Shown here: piece by piece, positions 29,159 to 43,600 of the stretch
How the letters are laid out: each line of letters opens with the position of its first letter
Position numbering within the stretch: the stretch's first letter is position 1
From: Chrysomallon squamiferum
Taxonomy: Eukaryota; Animalia; Mollusca
DNA: 64,000 nucleotides
Assembly (NCBI GenBank): GCA_012295275.1
Contig: CM022674.1
Coordinates: forward strand, 5,518,001 to 5,582,000
Direction: 5' to 3'
The notes under the pieces: model-generated
What the model was told of the DNA's origin: nothing
The model's database searches: none
What the model saw: the letters and a program-made list of their open reading frames with translations, nothing else
Position numbers and translations under genes: made by a program

Positions 29159-29910
29159 ATAAAATAACAGACGCACAAAACTACAAACCTCGTTTTCAGA
29201 TGAATGGATGTCAAGGCGAAGGTATCCCTAACCGCTCTGTAGACTCAAATGTAACATATCTCTCATGAAATTCACCAGCAGGTGAACGGAGTACTTACGT
29301 TATTCTCTTAATATATACAACATCAACAACAACGACGACAAAAAGAAAAAAGAAAAAAGAGACCAGAATCCTCCGATTGAATTGTGCACTGGCTGTTACG
29401 GGCCACTGCAATCCCAAAAAAATACATATATAATAATAATAATATATTTTTTTTTTTTTTTTTTTTTTTTTGCTATTCATCGGTTGTCGAACTTTATGAG
29501 GTAAAAATGACTATAAAGGATGGGAAGAAGAAGCAATGGTTACGCTTGATTGCGTTTTTGAGAAGAAGAAGAAGAAAAAAATAAACTAATTGAGAAAGAG
29601 AGATCGCTTTCACAAACATAGACCCATAAACATCTTTATATGCATGTACGTGTGTCTGTATTATAATCTGTGTGTCTGTGTATATGGTTGTGTATGTACG
29701 TATGTATAGATGTATGTTTAGGTCTATAGCTGAATGCTCTCATGCATATATAAATACAAATATATTAAGTATTTTGTGTTTGTTTGTATGTCGTTATGTA
29801 TTCTTTATTTATATATATGGGTACGCACATAAATATATTTATGTGTGTGTGTGAAATGATAAAGATCTGTGTTGTTTTATATATATATATACCTAATACA
29901 TACATACATA

Positions 29911-29941
<31 letters not shown>

Positions 29942-29969
29942 AGACAGATATAGATATAGATATAGATAG

Positions 29970-30058
<89 letters not shown>

Positions 30059-30546
30059 TAATATACCCACATAAATATATATATATATATATATATATAG
30101 GTAGGTAGGTAGGTAGGTAGGTACACAGCAACACAAACACATACACACACAGATCTTTATCATTTCACACACACACACACACAGAAGCGACAAAAACTGG
30201 TAAGGATTGAAGCAATTTCAAATCGGGGCAGACAGTAACAGGTATGAAAATGAGTCTGTTTGTTTGTTTTGTTTGTTTGTTTGTTTGTTTATTTGTTTTA
30301 TTTTTTATTGTTGTTGTTGTTAAATCAAGTTTCAAGATAACAAATGTTGTTTTCCTAACTGATAACTGCTCCGGCTTTTTTTATTAAAACTTAACAATAT
30401 ATGACAAGGTTCAAATATGCTAGGTCCAATCTGGACTAATGCCAAAGGATGAGCTGGATTTATTTAACATTTATGAATATTTTATTTTTAAAATGAAGTG
30501 TTTTTGGTGGTGAGTTTTTTTATGTGAAATTGTGTCTATTGCTGTT

Positions 30547-30579
<33 letters not shown>

Positions 30580-30923
30580 ATTGTTGTTGTTGCTTTGGTA
30601 CGAAGTAATACTTCATTTCTATAATGAACAACAAGATGTTGATGTTAATAATTACCGTTTTCATAACGATCTAGATGTATACAGATGATGACGATGATGA
30701 CGATAATGATGATGATGATGTTGATGACAATGATGACAATAGTGACAACGAAGAAGAAGAAACTGTAATTATGAAGATGGTGCTGATGACGACAACGATA
30801 ATGAGCATAATCATAACGATGTTGATGATGATGATAATTATGTACATAATGACATTGGTGTTGATTACGATCATGGCAATTATGACGTGAGCAAAGATGA
30901 AAATAAAATGAAAATAATAACAG

Positions 30924-30958
<35 letters not shown>

Positions 30959-31824
30959 GTGCATAATCAGATTTTTATTTTGTACTTCAGATATAAAATA
31001 ATCATGAATAATGATTTCAAAAAATTCAAAACAAATAATAAATTTGTTCCACCTTCGTTCCTATAATTATCATATTCTCTCAGGGTCGGAGCAGAAATTA
31101 TAAGGATGGTGGTTCGGTTGTTCAGTGGATCATTAAGAAAAAATTATTTTTAGAAAATTTTGACGAAAATATTAAACTTCTTACAAATTTTTTTTTTTTT
31201 TTTTCATTTTATTTTATTTTTTAACGTCGATGTTTCTTTAACTCAAAACTTGAGAACGTGTCAGTTTCTCGCTAACGTCGTTTTCGCAAAACGATCATTT
31301 TGTGAAAATATTTGGATTTTCCGTCTATCAAAGGAGATTTCATTTCAAAATAAATAAATTTAAAAAATAACATAGAGAACTGTCCTCCTCGACAAACTAA
31401 TCCGTCGTCTGCTACACCCGATGCACGTGACCTGTTGAAAGAGAACATCTGTTTACACGAATCTTGGAGTTTTGTATGAGCTGAGCAAGAAATTTGATAT
31501 TTGTTTAAAACGAGACAAGCGAAAGTTTTCACAGATTACGGAGAACCAACCAACCTACAGAATGTCATAAACATTTCCACTATAAAAGAGAAAATAAAAC
31601 TGTTATGAAAAGAAAATGTTCAGTTTGGGGTGTAAAACACCTACGACCCTGTAAATCGAGATTTGTTAATTTGCACATAAAAAAACTTAAAATTAGAAAT
31701 TAGAAAAAAAATTAAAATAAAAATAAAATAAAATTTGTATCCTTCGTGTTTGAATCACTGTAGGAAGATCAAGATGGTTACATACATCGTTAAAAGTGTT
31801 CTGTTATCTGCCAGTCTTACAAAC

Positions 31825-31955
<131 letters not shown>

Positions 31956-32412
31956 TGATATAACAAAAAGATGTAAGCATGTAAAACAACAACAATAACA
32001 ATAACACCACCATTAATTAATTAATTTAGGAATTAAAAATAATTAATTGCAAATAAATAAATAAATTTCAAGCTAGCAATTATTAAAATATATCTTTGCA
32101 TAACTTAAAACGAAAATTTATTTATTAGTATTCCTTTTTCTTTTTCTTTTTTTTAATAATGTTACTTGCATTGATTAATTAATTCTAACAAGAGAAGAAC
32201 AACAACAACATAACACTAACAGAGGAAAAGAGAAAAAAAATACCTCAGATGTAATTATAATTAACGAGTTCTTAATTATAATTATATGTATGTATATATG
32301 TATACATATAGGCAAATGGTATTTATGTATCTTGTCTATGGATTTTACGAGATCGTGAATAAAAAAACATGTATGTATATATTCACATCTACGCACATGC
32401 ATAAGTACACAC

Positions 32413-32472
<60 letters not shown>

Positions 32473-33962
32473 TCCTACGTCAACATTCGCTAACAAATTA
32501 CATCAGAAATCGTTTAACCTATTTTTACAATCACACACACACACACACCGGTCAGGTAAACTTAATATTTAATACACCATTAAACATAATGGCCATACCC
32601 ACTTTCTACGAAGGAGACCAGTGAATTATTTCGCTTTATTAACATCAGCAGCTTGACCTTTCTGTCTTCGATTTATTCTGTGTGTGTGTGTTCCAACCGT
32701 TAACGCCTGGATATGTATTTCTATAAATTTCTATTATATAAGCATTACTTAATTTAAGATATAACACTATGGCGCCCTCTCACGCCTAGCCTCAAACACT
32801 GCGATGAATGAAAACCAACCATTGTAAAAGATCTTCGAAAATAACGAACGATAAATTCATCCCAGATTTCATGCATGACTGAAGTTCAATAAATTGTCGT
32901 GCATATATATATATAAATAATCTCTATTCAGGTGTGTTTTGTTGGAAGATTTTTTTATTATTATTATTATTATTATAATTTTTCTCGTTTTTTCTCTCTT
33001 GTATTTTCTTTCTTTCTTGTTTCTTTTTTTTTTTTTTTTTTTTTTTTACGCTTAACGTTGTACCTTTAGAAGTACCTTTTTAATGACTTTGAAATTTTCA
33101 TTATCGGCAGGTGTTTCGATAGGAAATTAATAACTGATTAATATAGTTATACTACAGGACATACACTTGTTTAAAAAAAAAAAAAAAAAAAAAAAGTATG
33201 AAAGAAAAAGATGTACAGACATTTTCACTGACGGCCATATTTTATATAGAGCTACGGTTTTTTAAAATGTTGAAGCAAAAAAGAAAAAAAAAAATGGATA
33301 ATAAAATAATAATAATGACACAAGCGATCAGACAGGACAAAATACCGCCATTCACCTGCATGATGGACGTTCTTTATTTGCTGTCATTTTCTATCACTCA
33401 GTTTGATGAATACACTTTTCTACCTCATACTGGCGTGATTTCGTTGGTACTCCTTTGCACGCTAATAAAAGCAAGTCCTAACCGTATTAAATAAATTCAC
33501 AAGACTCCGAGTTTAATGTTTGATTCAGGCGATAAAAGAAAACGCTTCGTTTGATTCGACGCTAAGCATATGTATTACTGTTAATGTCGTATTTTCGTGT
33601 ACGAAGTAATAAGTACTTAGTTTAATGGAGGGAATGAAATAGCAAATCAAATTTAATACCCATTCAAATAGTTTTTGATGAAATGGATGCTTTTTGTTAG
33701 AGTAGTAATAGTAGTAGTAGTAGTAGTAGTGTAATAACCGTCATCATCATCATCATCATCGTTATAGCATCTTTAGGGTTAATGGTGATAAAAAACACAT
33801 TACTTACAACTGAAAAAGTAATAGATGTAATACTAGTGGTTCTCTAGTAGTAATATTTGACACTAATAGCTGCTGAAGTAGTAGTTACTGTGGTTGTAAT
33901 AGTTGCTGCTGTTGTAGTAGTAGTTGATGTTGTATAATGTGTATTAGCAATAAAACTGTTAT

Positions 33963-34335
33963 TGTAATGTTTATTTAAAAATGTGACCACAAATGTGACT
34001 ATCAAAATGTAATTATCAATATGTCATTCCTAAACATACTCATAATAAATCAAAGCAATCAAATTTATTTATTTAAATGACTTTTCTGTTTGCAACATAC
34101 CTTTTCTTCTTGAAAAATAAAGAGGGAAAATGAAAAAAAAAAAATTGCTGTCAATTTTTTCTAATTGTACTCATTTGATTTCAGTTAGAAATTAAAATTC
34201 TAAGATGTAATTCATGGGAAAAAAAGGGAAGGAAATATATTATGGTATATTTATTGTAGGAAAATCTGGAGAAAATTGTGAAAGATTTAAGATAGGAATG
34301 AAATAATATTTGGAATGGGATCAGTAGGGCAACTG

Positions 34336-34392
<57 letters not shown>
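33963..34392 (+). repeat. Dispersed repeat copy 1 of about 370 bp plus an (ATT)n tail
   Basis: Near-identical to 56467-56885 in the same orientation, from tgtaatgtttatt...aaatgtgaccacaaatgtgactat to gggatcagtagggcaactgattattatt. Confidence 0.85.
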
Positions 34393-34394
<2 letters not shown>

Positions 34395-34693
34395 TGCTGC
34401 TGTTGTTATTGTTGTTATCATTATCACAATCATCATCATCATCATCATCATTATTACTACCACTACTACTACTACCACCACCAACACCACTATTACTATT
34501 AAGACTAATAATATTACTGTAACTACTACTATCGCTGTTATTACTATTACTAACAATATTACTCTTGCCTCCTATACTACGCTACTACTACTACTAACAC
34601 CACAACCACTACCGCTACTACAACCACTGCTACTTGTATCTCCAACCGCAGTACGAAACCTATGCTGGTGATAATAATAATAACAATAATAAC

Positions 34694-34739
<46 letters not shown>

Positions 34740-35135
34740 TAATAATAATAACAATAATAATAATAATAATAACAATAAATTAATAATAATAATAATAATA
34801 ATAATAATTTTAATAATAATGATAATGATAATGATGATGATAAAAATGTAATAATAATAATAATGATGATGATGATGATGATGATAATAGTGATAATAAT
34901 AATATCAATAATAATAATGATAATAATAATGATGATAATGATAACAGTAGTAATAATAATAATGATGATGATAATGATAATAATGATAATGACAACAACA
35001 CCAACAACAATAATGATAATAATGATAATGATAATAACAACACCAACAACAACAACAATAATAATAATGATAATAACACCAACAACAACAACAATAATAA
35101 TAATAATAATAATAATAATGAGACGACGATAATAA
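34337..35135. repeat. Compound trinucleotide low-complexity block that switches strand from (ATT/ACT) to (AAT/GAT)
   Basis: Directly visible; it is the source of the poly-Ile and poly-Leu ORFs. Confidence 0.9.
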
Positions 35136-35677
35136 TAAGGTAATTTTATCTTTAATAACATAGCTATGTGTTTTTGTTTTTTTAACAAACTAACTTTCTA
35201 ACCACTCAACAAAATAAACAAAACAAAATCGAAAAACCAAACACAATTTAGAAAATCATTATCGTTAAAATTAAACAAACTTAGAGATTCTTTTATAATT
35301 ATTAGTGTTTTTGTTGTTGTCGTTCTTTGTAGACTTAAATATGTGTTTTTCAAGTGTCGACTAGTTAGATGATGTGAAGCACGTTTGAAGTAGACTCCAG
35401 TAGGATTTGAACTTTCTACCGCCCACGTCAAAAAACGACAAAAACCGACAGCAGACGTCATAAAATTACGTTTTCAGTTTATTCCGAGGCTAACAATTTT
35501 GACCGACCAAGTGTAAAATATTTTGTGTATTTGCGTCATTATTTATACAGAAAGAGAAAGACAAGCAGTAGAAGTAGTAGTAGTAGTAGTAGTTGATGTT
35601 GTTGTTGTTGTTATTGTTGGCATATTACTTATTTAATAAATTATTATTATTTTAAGTATTTTTTTTTTTTTTTTTTT

Positions 35678-35714
<37 letters not shown>

Positions 35715-37803
35715 TTTTTTTTTACCTTTTTTATTTATTTATTTAGTTATTTAGTTATATATATATATATATGTTTTATTATTATATTTTATTTTTTTAG
35801 TTAGTTATTATATATATTTTATTATATAATTATATTTTAATTTGATTTATTTATTTTGTTTCTATTTTATTTATTTATTTATTATATTTTATTTAGTTCT
35901 TTTATTTTATTTGTTTTTATTTTTTATTATTACTTTTCTCTTTTCTTTCTTTTTTTTTTTTTTTTTTTTATGTATTTAAGATTATTTTACTTGCTTTTCA
36001 TATTTTTCATTTTATTTTGCTGTCTAGTTTTATTACGGTTTTACTTTTGTTGTCGTCAGCGTATCTCCTCTTCTTTGTCGTTTTAATAGTTGTCAAACTG
36101 TGATCCAAATAAACAGATATAAAAATAAATAGATAACTAAAGACAGAAAAAGAAAAAGCATTTCGTCTTTCTTTTCCGTTGTTTTCAAATTGCAAAAAAA
36201 AAAAAAAAAAAAATTCGAATGTTAAACACACCTTTACAGAAAACGTGAGCGAACTGTGATTCAGTGTTTGTTCGCGTAAGTTGTGACGCTTAATGTTTGT
36301 CATTCCGTACGTCATTTAACTGTGAACTGAGACAAGCCTCGTTTTGTTATTTTTTAGTTAAATACATACACTGCTTTGTGAATTTGGAGCGATGTATTCA
36401 CAGCGTTTGCAGGTTTTTTGTGTTCATGCAGACAAAAGTTTATTGTAATCAAACCATTTCTCATTATTTGGACGTACGTACGCCCTTCTGAAAAGATGTG
36501 TGCATCCATATGTTTTTGTATAATGCTGCAGCTGTCACGCATGTTCATAACAGCTCACAATTGTTGATTGTGCTGTAGTGGCATGCACGTGGAGGGGGGC
36601 GAAGGGGCAGTGGCCCCGTGCATCCAAATTGGATGGGGGGGCATCCAATCCGGAAAAAGAATTTTGTAAAATTGGTTGGTTTATATTTAAAGTGTTCATT
36701 TTTATGTTTCATCTGTGTTTATATATTCCAAATATCTTACTTTCTCATAATATTTCTCAGGACTAGGCCTTATACTTGATCCTTTGGGGCATACAAACAA
36801 GGAGTCACCAGACCTTTGCACTCCATTTGCTAAGCCCCTCTCGAAGCTTAATGTTAAAAGTTATAACTTCTTTGATTATATTTTTCTTTATTTACTTGAA
36901 TAGTTTGATCGTTGATTGATGGAGTAACGTTGGTTTTTTAACATCTATGCAAATACATATCGTGTTATTTGTAACTTGAATAAAATAATAAACGGTTACT
37001 TAACAATATTTTAACGACTAGTTAACATATATTTTAACATTACATTTATCCTGTCTTAACAGTTGCAACCGGCTGTCTGAGGGCGACCACAATGCAGGCG
37101 TGGCCGAGCTTCGGTGAAAATGAGAGAAGGACACCCCTGCCCTACGGTAGCTGAATGAAAAGATATATTTATTCGGTTTTATACGGTAACCATCGGCTGT
37201 CCAGTTTTTTTTTTTTTTAAATAAGCTCACATCTGTTGAACATTTTATATTTCTTACTGAACGAAGTTTCGAGAGATAAGTTATTTTGTAGAGATTACCT
37301 GTCTATTGACGGAAGCAGGCTTAATCCTCGCACCAGTATTTTGTTTTATATTTCCGGTTCCAGAATGGACTCCGGGACAAAACAAAATATAATTAAATAA
37401 ACAATATGCATGGTTCTATTCAATACTACTGCTACTGCTGCTGCTACTGCTACTACTACTACTAGTAGTATTGTTATTGTGGATTATGATATTATTATTA
37501 TTATTATCATCATTACGTTGAGTAAACACAAATTAACGAAATCAAAAATGTTTAATTGTTTTAAAGTTTTCCTTTGTCCCACTAACGATTTTTTGTTTCC
37601 ACACCATTCTTTTTTCCTTATTTACATTATTTTTATTTGCATTTACTTTTTTTTTTTTTGGGAGGGTTGTTTTTTTGTTTGATTTTTTATTATTATTTTT
37701 CCCATCGCTGTGCGTCTGTGCGTTTTTATACGCACTTTTTCTTTCTCTCTCTTCAGTATATTTATCCCACTTTTTACTTTTTATTTTTATTTTTATTATT
37801 TTC

Positions 37804-38143
37804 ATCACGACTGTATTAATACAGTCGTGCACTATTTAATTTCAGAATGTCTACACTAACATTATTAATAATTGTTGAATGCTTACGTATTAACGACACT
37901 GAAATATCATTCAAAACATTCTTTGTTCATCTTGACGTCATTTTATACATGTCAAAGAACCTCGCATTTAAAATAAAAATTCTTTATAGTCAGTTCTTTT
38001 AACTTCGTTACTTGCACTTTTCACTTGGTTTACTCAAGCAGAAACAAGTAAAAAAAAAAAAAACTAATGAATTTCTTGCGGGCGAATCGAATAACATCGA
38101 ATTCAAAAGGTTTACTGTGGTTTTAATTTTTTATTATTATTAT

Positions 38144-38178
<35 letters not shown>

Positions 38179-38450
38179 ACTTTATTTTATTTTATTTTAT
38201 TTATATATATTACCTTTTTTTTTCACTGTCTTGTTGTTTTTCTGTCCTGTGAATATTTTGTTATCTCCGTGCACGTGTGCGTGTATATACACAATTTATA
38301 TTTCTGTCGTTAGAGTACTTTATCCTTTTTTTTTTTTTTTATCAAGACTGTTTTAATATTGCGTGCACTATTTATTTTCAGAAGGTCTCGGCTAACGTTA
38401 TTAAAAATTGTTGAATGTACAATGATCCGTATTAACGACACCGAAATGAC
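37804..38450 (+). repeat. Diverged direct duplication of about 100 bp (37804-37905 and 38341-38447); the first copy starts with a perfect 24-bp palindrome
   Basis: Shared atca.gactgt.ttaata...cgtgcactattta.tttcagaa.gtct...ctaac.ttattaa.aattgttgaatg...cgtattaacgacac.gaaat. Confidence 0.75.
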
Positions 38451-38878
38451 AACAAATGACTGTATTTAGAAAGCTCTAAGTGTGTTTTCAAAGCATTCAT
38501 TCTCAAATTTGGTGAAACGGTTGGCTGAAGAACATTTGAAAGCATTTGACGCTGTTTTAGGGTCTGTTTGTTATAGACACATAGTAATTTTAATATCAGA
38601 ATAGGCATAGATACGTTTTACATACATACATGTATATATATATAAGAAGTGTCGTTGCTTACCTTTAACATATCATGTAATGTGTGTGTCATTTAGTAGC
38701 CGTTTTGTTTGATGCTGTTTGGATGTTTGTTTTGTTGTTTTGTTGTTTCTTTTTCTTTTTTTGTTATTTAGTATTTTTTTCTTCTATAGTTGTATTTTTT
38801 TTTTCACTCTTGTAATAAAACATTTGAAAGAAGTATTTTGCTATGTTGCTTACATCATATCTAGTTAAATTAATATTA

Positions 38879-38927
<49 letters not shown>

Positions 38928-39212
38928 TTTGAAAGCGTTTATGAGTTAGCGACAAATAACGAGAACATAATTACCGCCATAATATGAATATTAATAATTA
39001 ACAAATATATTTTTAAATTAATTATTCCCGGTACAAGAGCTTTATTGTTTTTAAATACTATCGCAGGGCTTTGCCGAAAATCCGCTGCATTTCCAATCAC
39101 TTTACATCGGCATGGCTTTTAGATCAGTGATCGTTACGTGATTCTTTAAGGAAGAGTTCTCTACTAAGAGAAAATAACTCTAAACGAATCATATCCATGC
39201 AGAAATAAACAA

Positions 39213-39264
39213 ATGTCTACGTTTAGAAACTTAATTTCGGGACCTGATGCTGTCCTGCATTTAG
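39213..39264 (+). CDS. BBS12: BBS12 coding exon 1 (MSTFRNLISGPDAVLHL)
   Basis: ATG at 39213 and donor G|GTAAGA. Phase 1 matches the next exon. Confidence 0.65.
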
Positions 39265-40403
39265 GTAAGATTTTGCAAACATTCTAATGGTGGATGTTAG
39301 TGCTTTTCAGTGTTAACAGTTTTTATTGTATGAAACGATTTAAGTATGACTAAGACGCAGCTGTGATAAAGTTCAGACATTATGATTAAACATAACATAA
39401 CGACGTAACGTAGTGATTCTGATACTGTCACTGTGATAGTAACATAACCATGACATAGTTATATATTTTAATACTAGTTTGTGACTTTGTACTATAATAC
39501 TACTTTACTACTACTGCTAGTAACAAGTATACTACTGCATAACCAGATGTCTGAAGTTTTAACTAGATAATAATGAATTTTAATGTTTACAAATTAATAA
39601 TGCACACATGATTATGTTTTTTATTTTTTATTTTTTATTTTTATTATTTTTATTTATTTTTTTGTTGGGGTTAGTAGCATAATTGATTTAATTGACTTTT
39701 CTTCTCTTGTAACTAAATTATTTAATGATATATAAAGAGATAAATAAATAAATAAGAAATAATATATATATTTTTTTATAATTAATGTGAATGTTAAAAA
39801 GAAGTTAATAGCATATTCCATCAATTCTAAATAACATTCAGCTTGAAATGTGAGATAATTGTAGACTTTTGTTCTTAATTATTGTGTAAAAATGGATAAT
39901 AATGTTTTATAATCCTTTAAAACTCTTTCTGAAATGTTTGTTGTTGTTATTATTATAAATACTGTTACTGTTTCAGCATCGCTTGTTAAACCAATGATTG
40001 CCAATAACGACTGGTAAGTTTGATTTTATTTATTTATTTCTTGCTGAGAAAGCAAATTAATAAATAAAAGATAAATAAATAAATAAATAAATAAACCAAA
40101 ACCCAAATTTTAGAAATGCTGAAAGAATGAGCAAATATTTATTTAATAAATCTCCACATATTAACAAACATGAGAGATAAAACCTCTGTGTTTTGGACTT
40201 TTCTTTTATAGATAGACTTAAAGTATAAAAAATAGTTAAGGAGTAATGTTTAGAACTGTAAATAGCATGAATGCATTTAGGGAGTGTATTAAAATTGTTA
40301 TGTAAAATACAAATTCGGATGAAATCCTGTTGTGAATATTTTGTTTTGGTTCAGTTGTATACAACTGTCTTTCAGTTTATGTAACCTTTTTTAATAAGCT
40401 ATT

Positions 40404-40446
<43 letters not shown>

Positions 40447-40601
40447 TTTTATTATGATTATGATTATTATTATTATTATTATATAGGCACACACATATAC
40501 AGACACACACACACACACACAAACACATACACATGCACACATAAAGACATGTCTGTATGAATGTATATGTGTATGTATACACATATACATATACACATTA
40601 A

Positions 40602-40633
<32 letters not shown>

Positions 40634-43600
40634 TAACACAAACACACACATATTTATATATGTATATAAATATATAAACATATAAATATATAAACATATA
40701 AATATATATACATATATATGTATATATAAAATCTTTTAAAAGATTATATATATACACTCAGACACATGCAAACATTATGTACGAGTATTAAATTTCAAAG
40801 TAAAGTACATTTGTGCAGATGTTATTTTATCTTTCATAGTATCAAGTGTGTTATTGACTCAAGCGGGGACTCAGTTTTTGCAAAGGACATCACATTGTTG
40901 CTGAAGCTGCTGGATATTGAGGTATATTTGCATCACTATCATGTTTCGTTTAAACTTTTTCACAGTTTCAATTCAACAGACCACTGAAAGACACCAGTAA
41001 AAGATGAATAAAATGACTGCCGACTTGAAACCTGAGTGCACATAAATAAACAAAAATAGTTTGATGTTAAAGTTCAAAATACATGAACGTTGGGAGTATA
41101 ACATAAATAAAGGGGTTTCGTTTTTTTAGCACAATAATTATACAAGATTTTTATTTTGATAAAGATTAATAAATGTGTTTTATAGCTATGTTTATTTAAT
41201 GAGAGGATATAAAAAAAATATTAAATATGGACAGAAGTTGTCATAGTAGAATTAGCATTTTGGTAGCAATTTTTTTTTTTTTTATTTTTATTTTTATTTT
41301 TATTAATTTTTTTTAATTTTTTATGTAGCATGGTGGGATAATAAGGTCACTTTCAAACTTCATTCAACCAGCCATGACTTTGAAATTTCTTAAATAGAAA
41401 AGAAATTTAAAATATTAAGATATAAAAATGTAATATGTTCTTCTTTGTAAAAATAGGTTTTTTGACTTTGTTTTTCAAACATTCCAAGAAAATTGTCTTT
41501 TGTCTTGTGTGAAGTTTGATTTGAAATTATTTGTATGTATATTTAGTTAAATTAATTTATTTATTTTAATTGTAATAAATATTTTCTTTAAAATAAATGT
41601 TTTCACTCATTCCATACTTTTAAGGATTTTTTATGTTGAATTCAGTTTTAATAAGCTGGTAAAAGATATTAAAATTATTTCAGAAAGTGAAAAAAAAATA
41701 AAAGACTACTGCTATTACTAACACCAACAACAACGACAACAACAATAATAATACTAATAGTAAATTTTAAAATTGAAAAGCTGAAAAAAGATTGATAAAA
41801 CAAACTCTCTCTAAAGCTTATGGAAGAATTTTTCTAACTTAATGTAAAATTTTAAAATAATTTCAGAAATATAAATGTTTGTTTTTCTTTCTTTTCTTTT
41901 TTCTTTTTCTCCTTTTTCTTTTTAATTTCTTTATTTTATTATTTATTTGTTTTCCACTTTATTTTTTCTTTCATGTTTTATTTTTTACTTTTTTTTGCTT
42001 TTTCTTTATTTAATTTAATTTAATTTTATCATGTTACGTTTTATATCTTTTTCTCACTCTCATTTTCATTTTTTTTTCATTTCTTCTTTCTTTATTATGT
42101 CTTAAAAACTAAATTCCACTAGCAGTAATAACTAAAAGGCACAAACACAGAAATAAAAATACAATTTTTCAACATTATACATAAGAAAATTTATCCTTTG
42201 ACATTATATCTGAGAGCTAAACAGTAAAATATATTTATTTACAGATTCACTTAATTGAAAGTTTCTTTATTATCTGCAGTCTCCTTCAGTAAAAATTACT
42301 TACTTTTATTTATCAAAATACAACAGCTGCAATGAACAGTACAAATACACTTTTTTTTTTTGTAAAAAAAAACAATGGCTGGAGACCACCTATGTTGTGT
42401 TTACAAAGTTTTCAGTTTTTATGATAGGTAATGAAGTTATTGGCAGGATGATGTTTTGGAATTTTTCACATACCTCAGTGAAGATCAAATGAGAGTAGAA
42501 TGCTTTTTTTTGGTACTGAATATTTTAACATACATGAATGTAAAGAATGTTTTGGGTGTTTGTTTGTTTGGTTGTTTTTTTTTAATTTAATTTTATTTGT
42601 TCTTTTTTTTATTATTATTTATTTGTTTATTTATTTAGTTATTTTTTATTATATTTATTTACTTTTTGAAATTTATTTATTTGTAGGAACACTATAGTAT
42701 CTAATATAATTATTGTCATCATCATCATCATCACTACAATATTATTATCATTACTAATACTACTACTACAACTGCTACTACTACAACTACTACCACTACT
42801 ACCGTTAGTACTATTACTAATACCATTAACACCAGTGTTTCTACTGCTGTTTCTACTTTTACTACTAATATAACTACTATTACTACTACTACTACTATTA
42901 CTATTACTGCTATAACTATTTCTTTACCACTATTACTTTGTCTACATACAGTACCAGTATACTACATAATTTATTTTCATTACTCACAGATCTGTGCAAA
43001 AACGTAACTTTTTCATTCTTCTTTTCTTTTCTTTTTTTTTCATTCTATTCTGACAGCATCCAGTGGGTCACTTCTTAGTGTCCATGTGTCTGTCACACCA
43101 CAAACAGTTTGGAAGTGGAGTTAAAACACTGATAACTATGACAGGACTTTTCATCAGTGCTGCTGTCAGTCTGAAAGAACAGGTAAGAACAGGAATGAGT
43201 GAGTAGATGAATGGACAGATGGATGGATGGATGGATGGATGGATGATGAATGAAGACATGGGTTAAATAGAAATAAGTGGTTATTGTTAATTAAGCGCTG
43301 TAATAATAGCAGTAGTGATAGTGTGTTTGTGTGTGTGTGTATGTATTGTGTTTTGTGTGTATGTATGAATAGGTGTATATGTTTGTGTGTATGTATGAAT
43401 AGGTGTATATGTATGTGTGTATGTGTGTGTGTATGTATGAACAGGTGTATATGTATGTGTGTAGGTATGTAAGTACATGTATGTAGGTGTGTCTGTGTTT
43501 TGTGTGTGTATATGTGTGTGAAAATGTGTTTGTCTGTGAGTGTTGTATATGCATGTGTGTCTTTCATCATCTTTATATAATTTTTAACTCTGTTTATATA

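Noticed and set aside
35395-35460. Minus-strand GTTCAAATCC B-box-like sequence suggesting a tRNA or SINE
   Set aside because: No A box, cloverleaf or second copy is visible.
37070-37120. Hammerhead-ribozyme-like CTGAGGG-CGACCAC...GTGGCCG-AGC
   Set aside because: Core nucleotides deviate from CUGANGA and GAAA, and stems I and III cannot be formed.
38657-38670. Strong minus-strand donor AAG|GTAAGC near the BBS12 promoter as a possible first exon of the glycosyltransferase gene
   Set aside because: A lone donor match in 14 kb of AT-rich DNA is not enough without transcript evidence.
43057-43182. Alternative identification of the chaperonin-like gene as BBS10, MKKS or a CCT subunit
   Set aside because: The HP...G.G.KT segment alone is ambiguous. 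The SRHF, GLSHG, GD....RH.G, FW.CA.RL..AL and K..AW..ALD.V......D....TG motifs fit BBS12, and the canonical CCT GDGTTT is absent.
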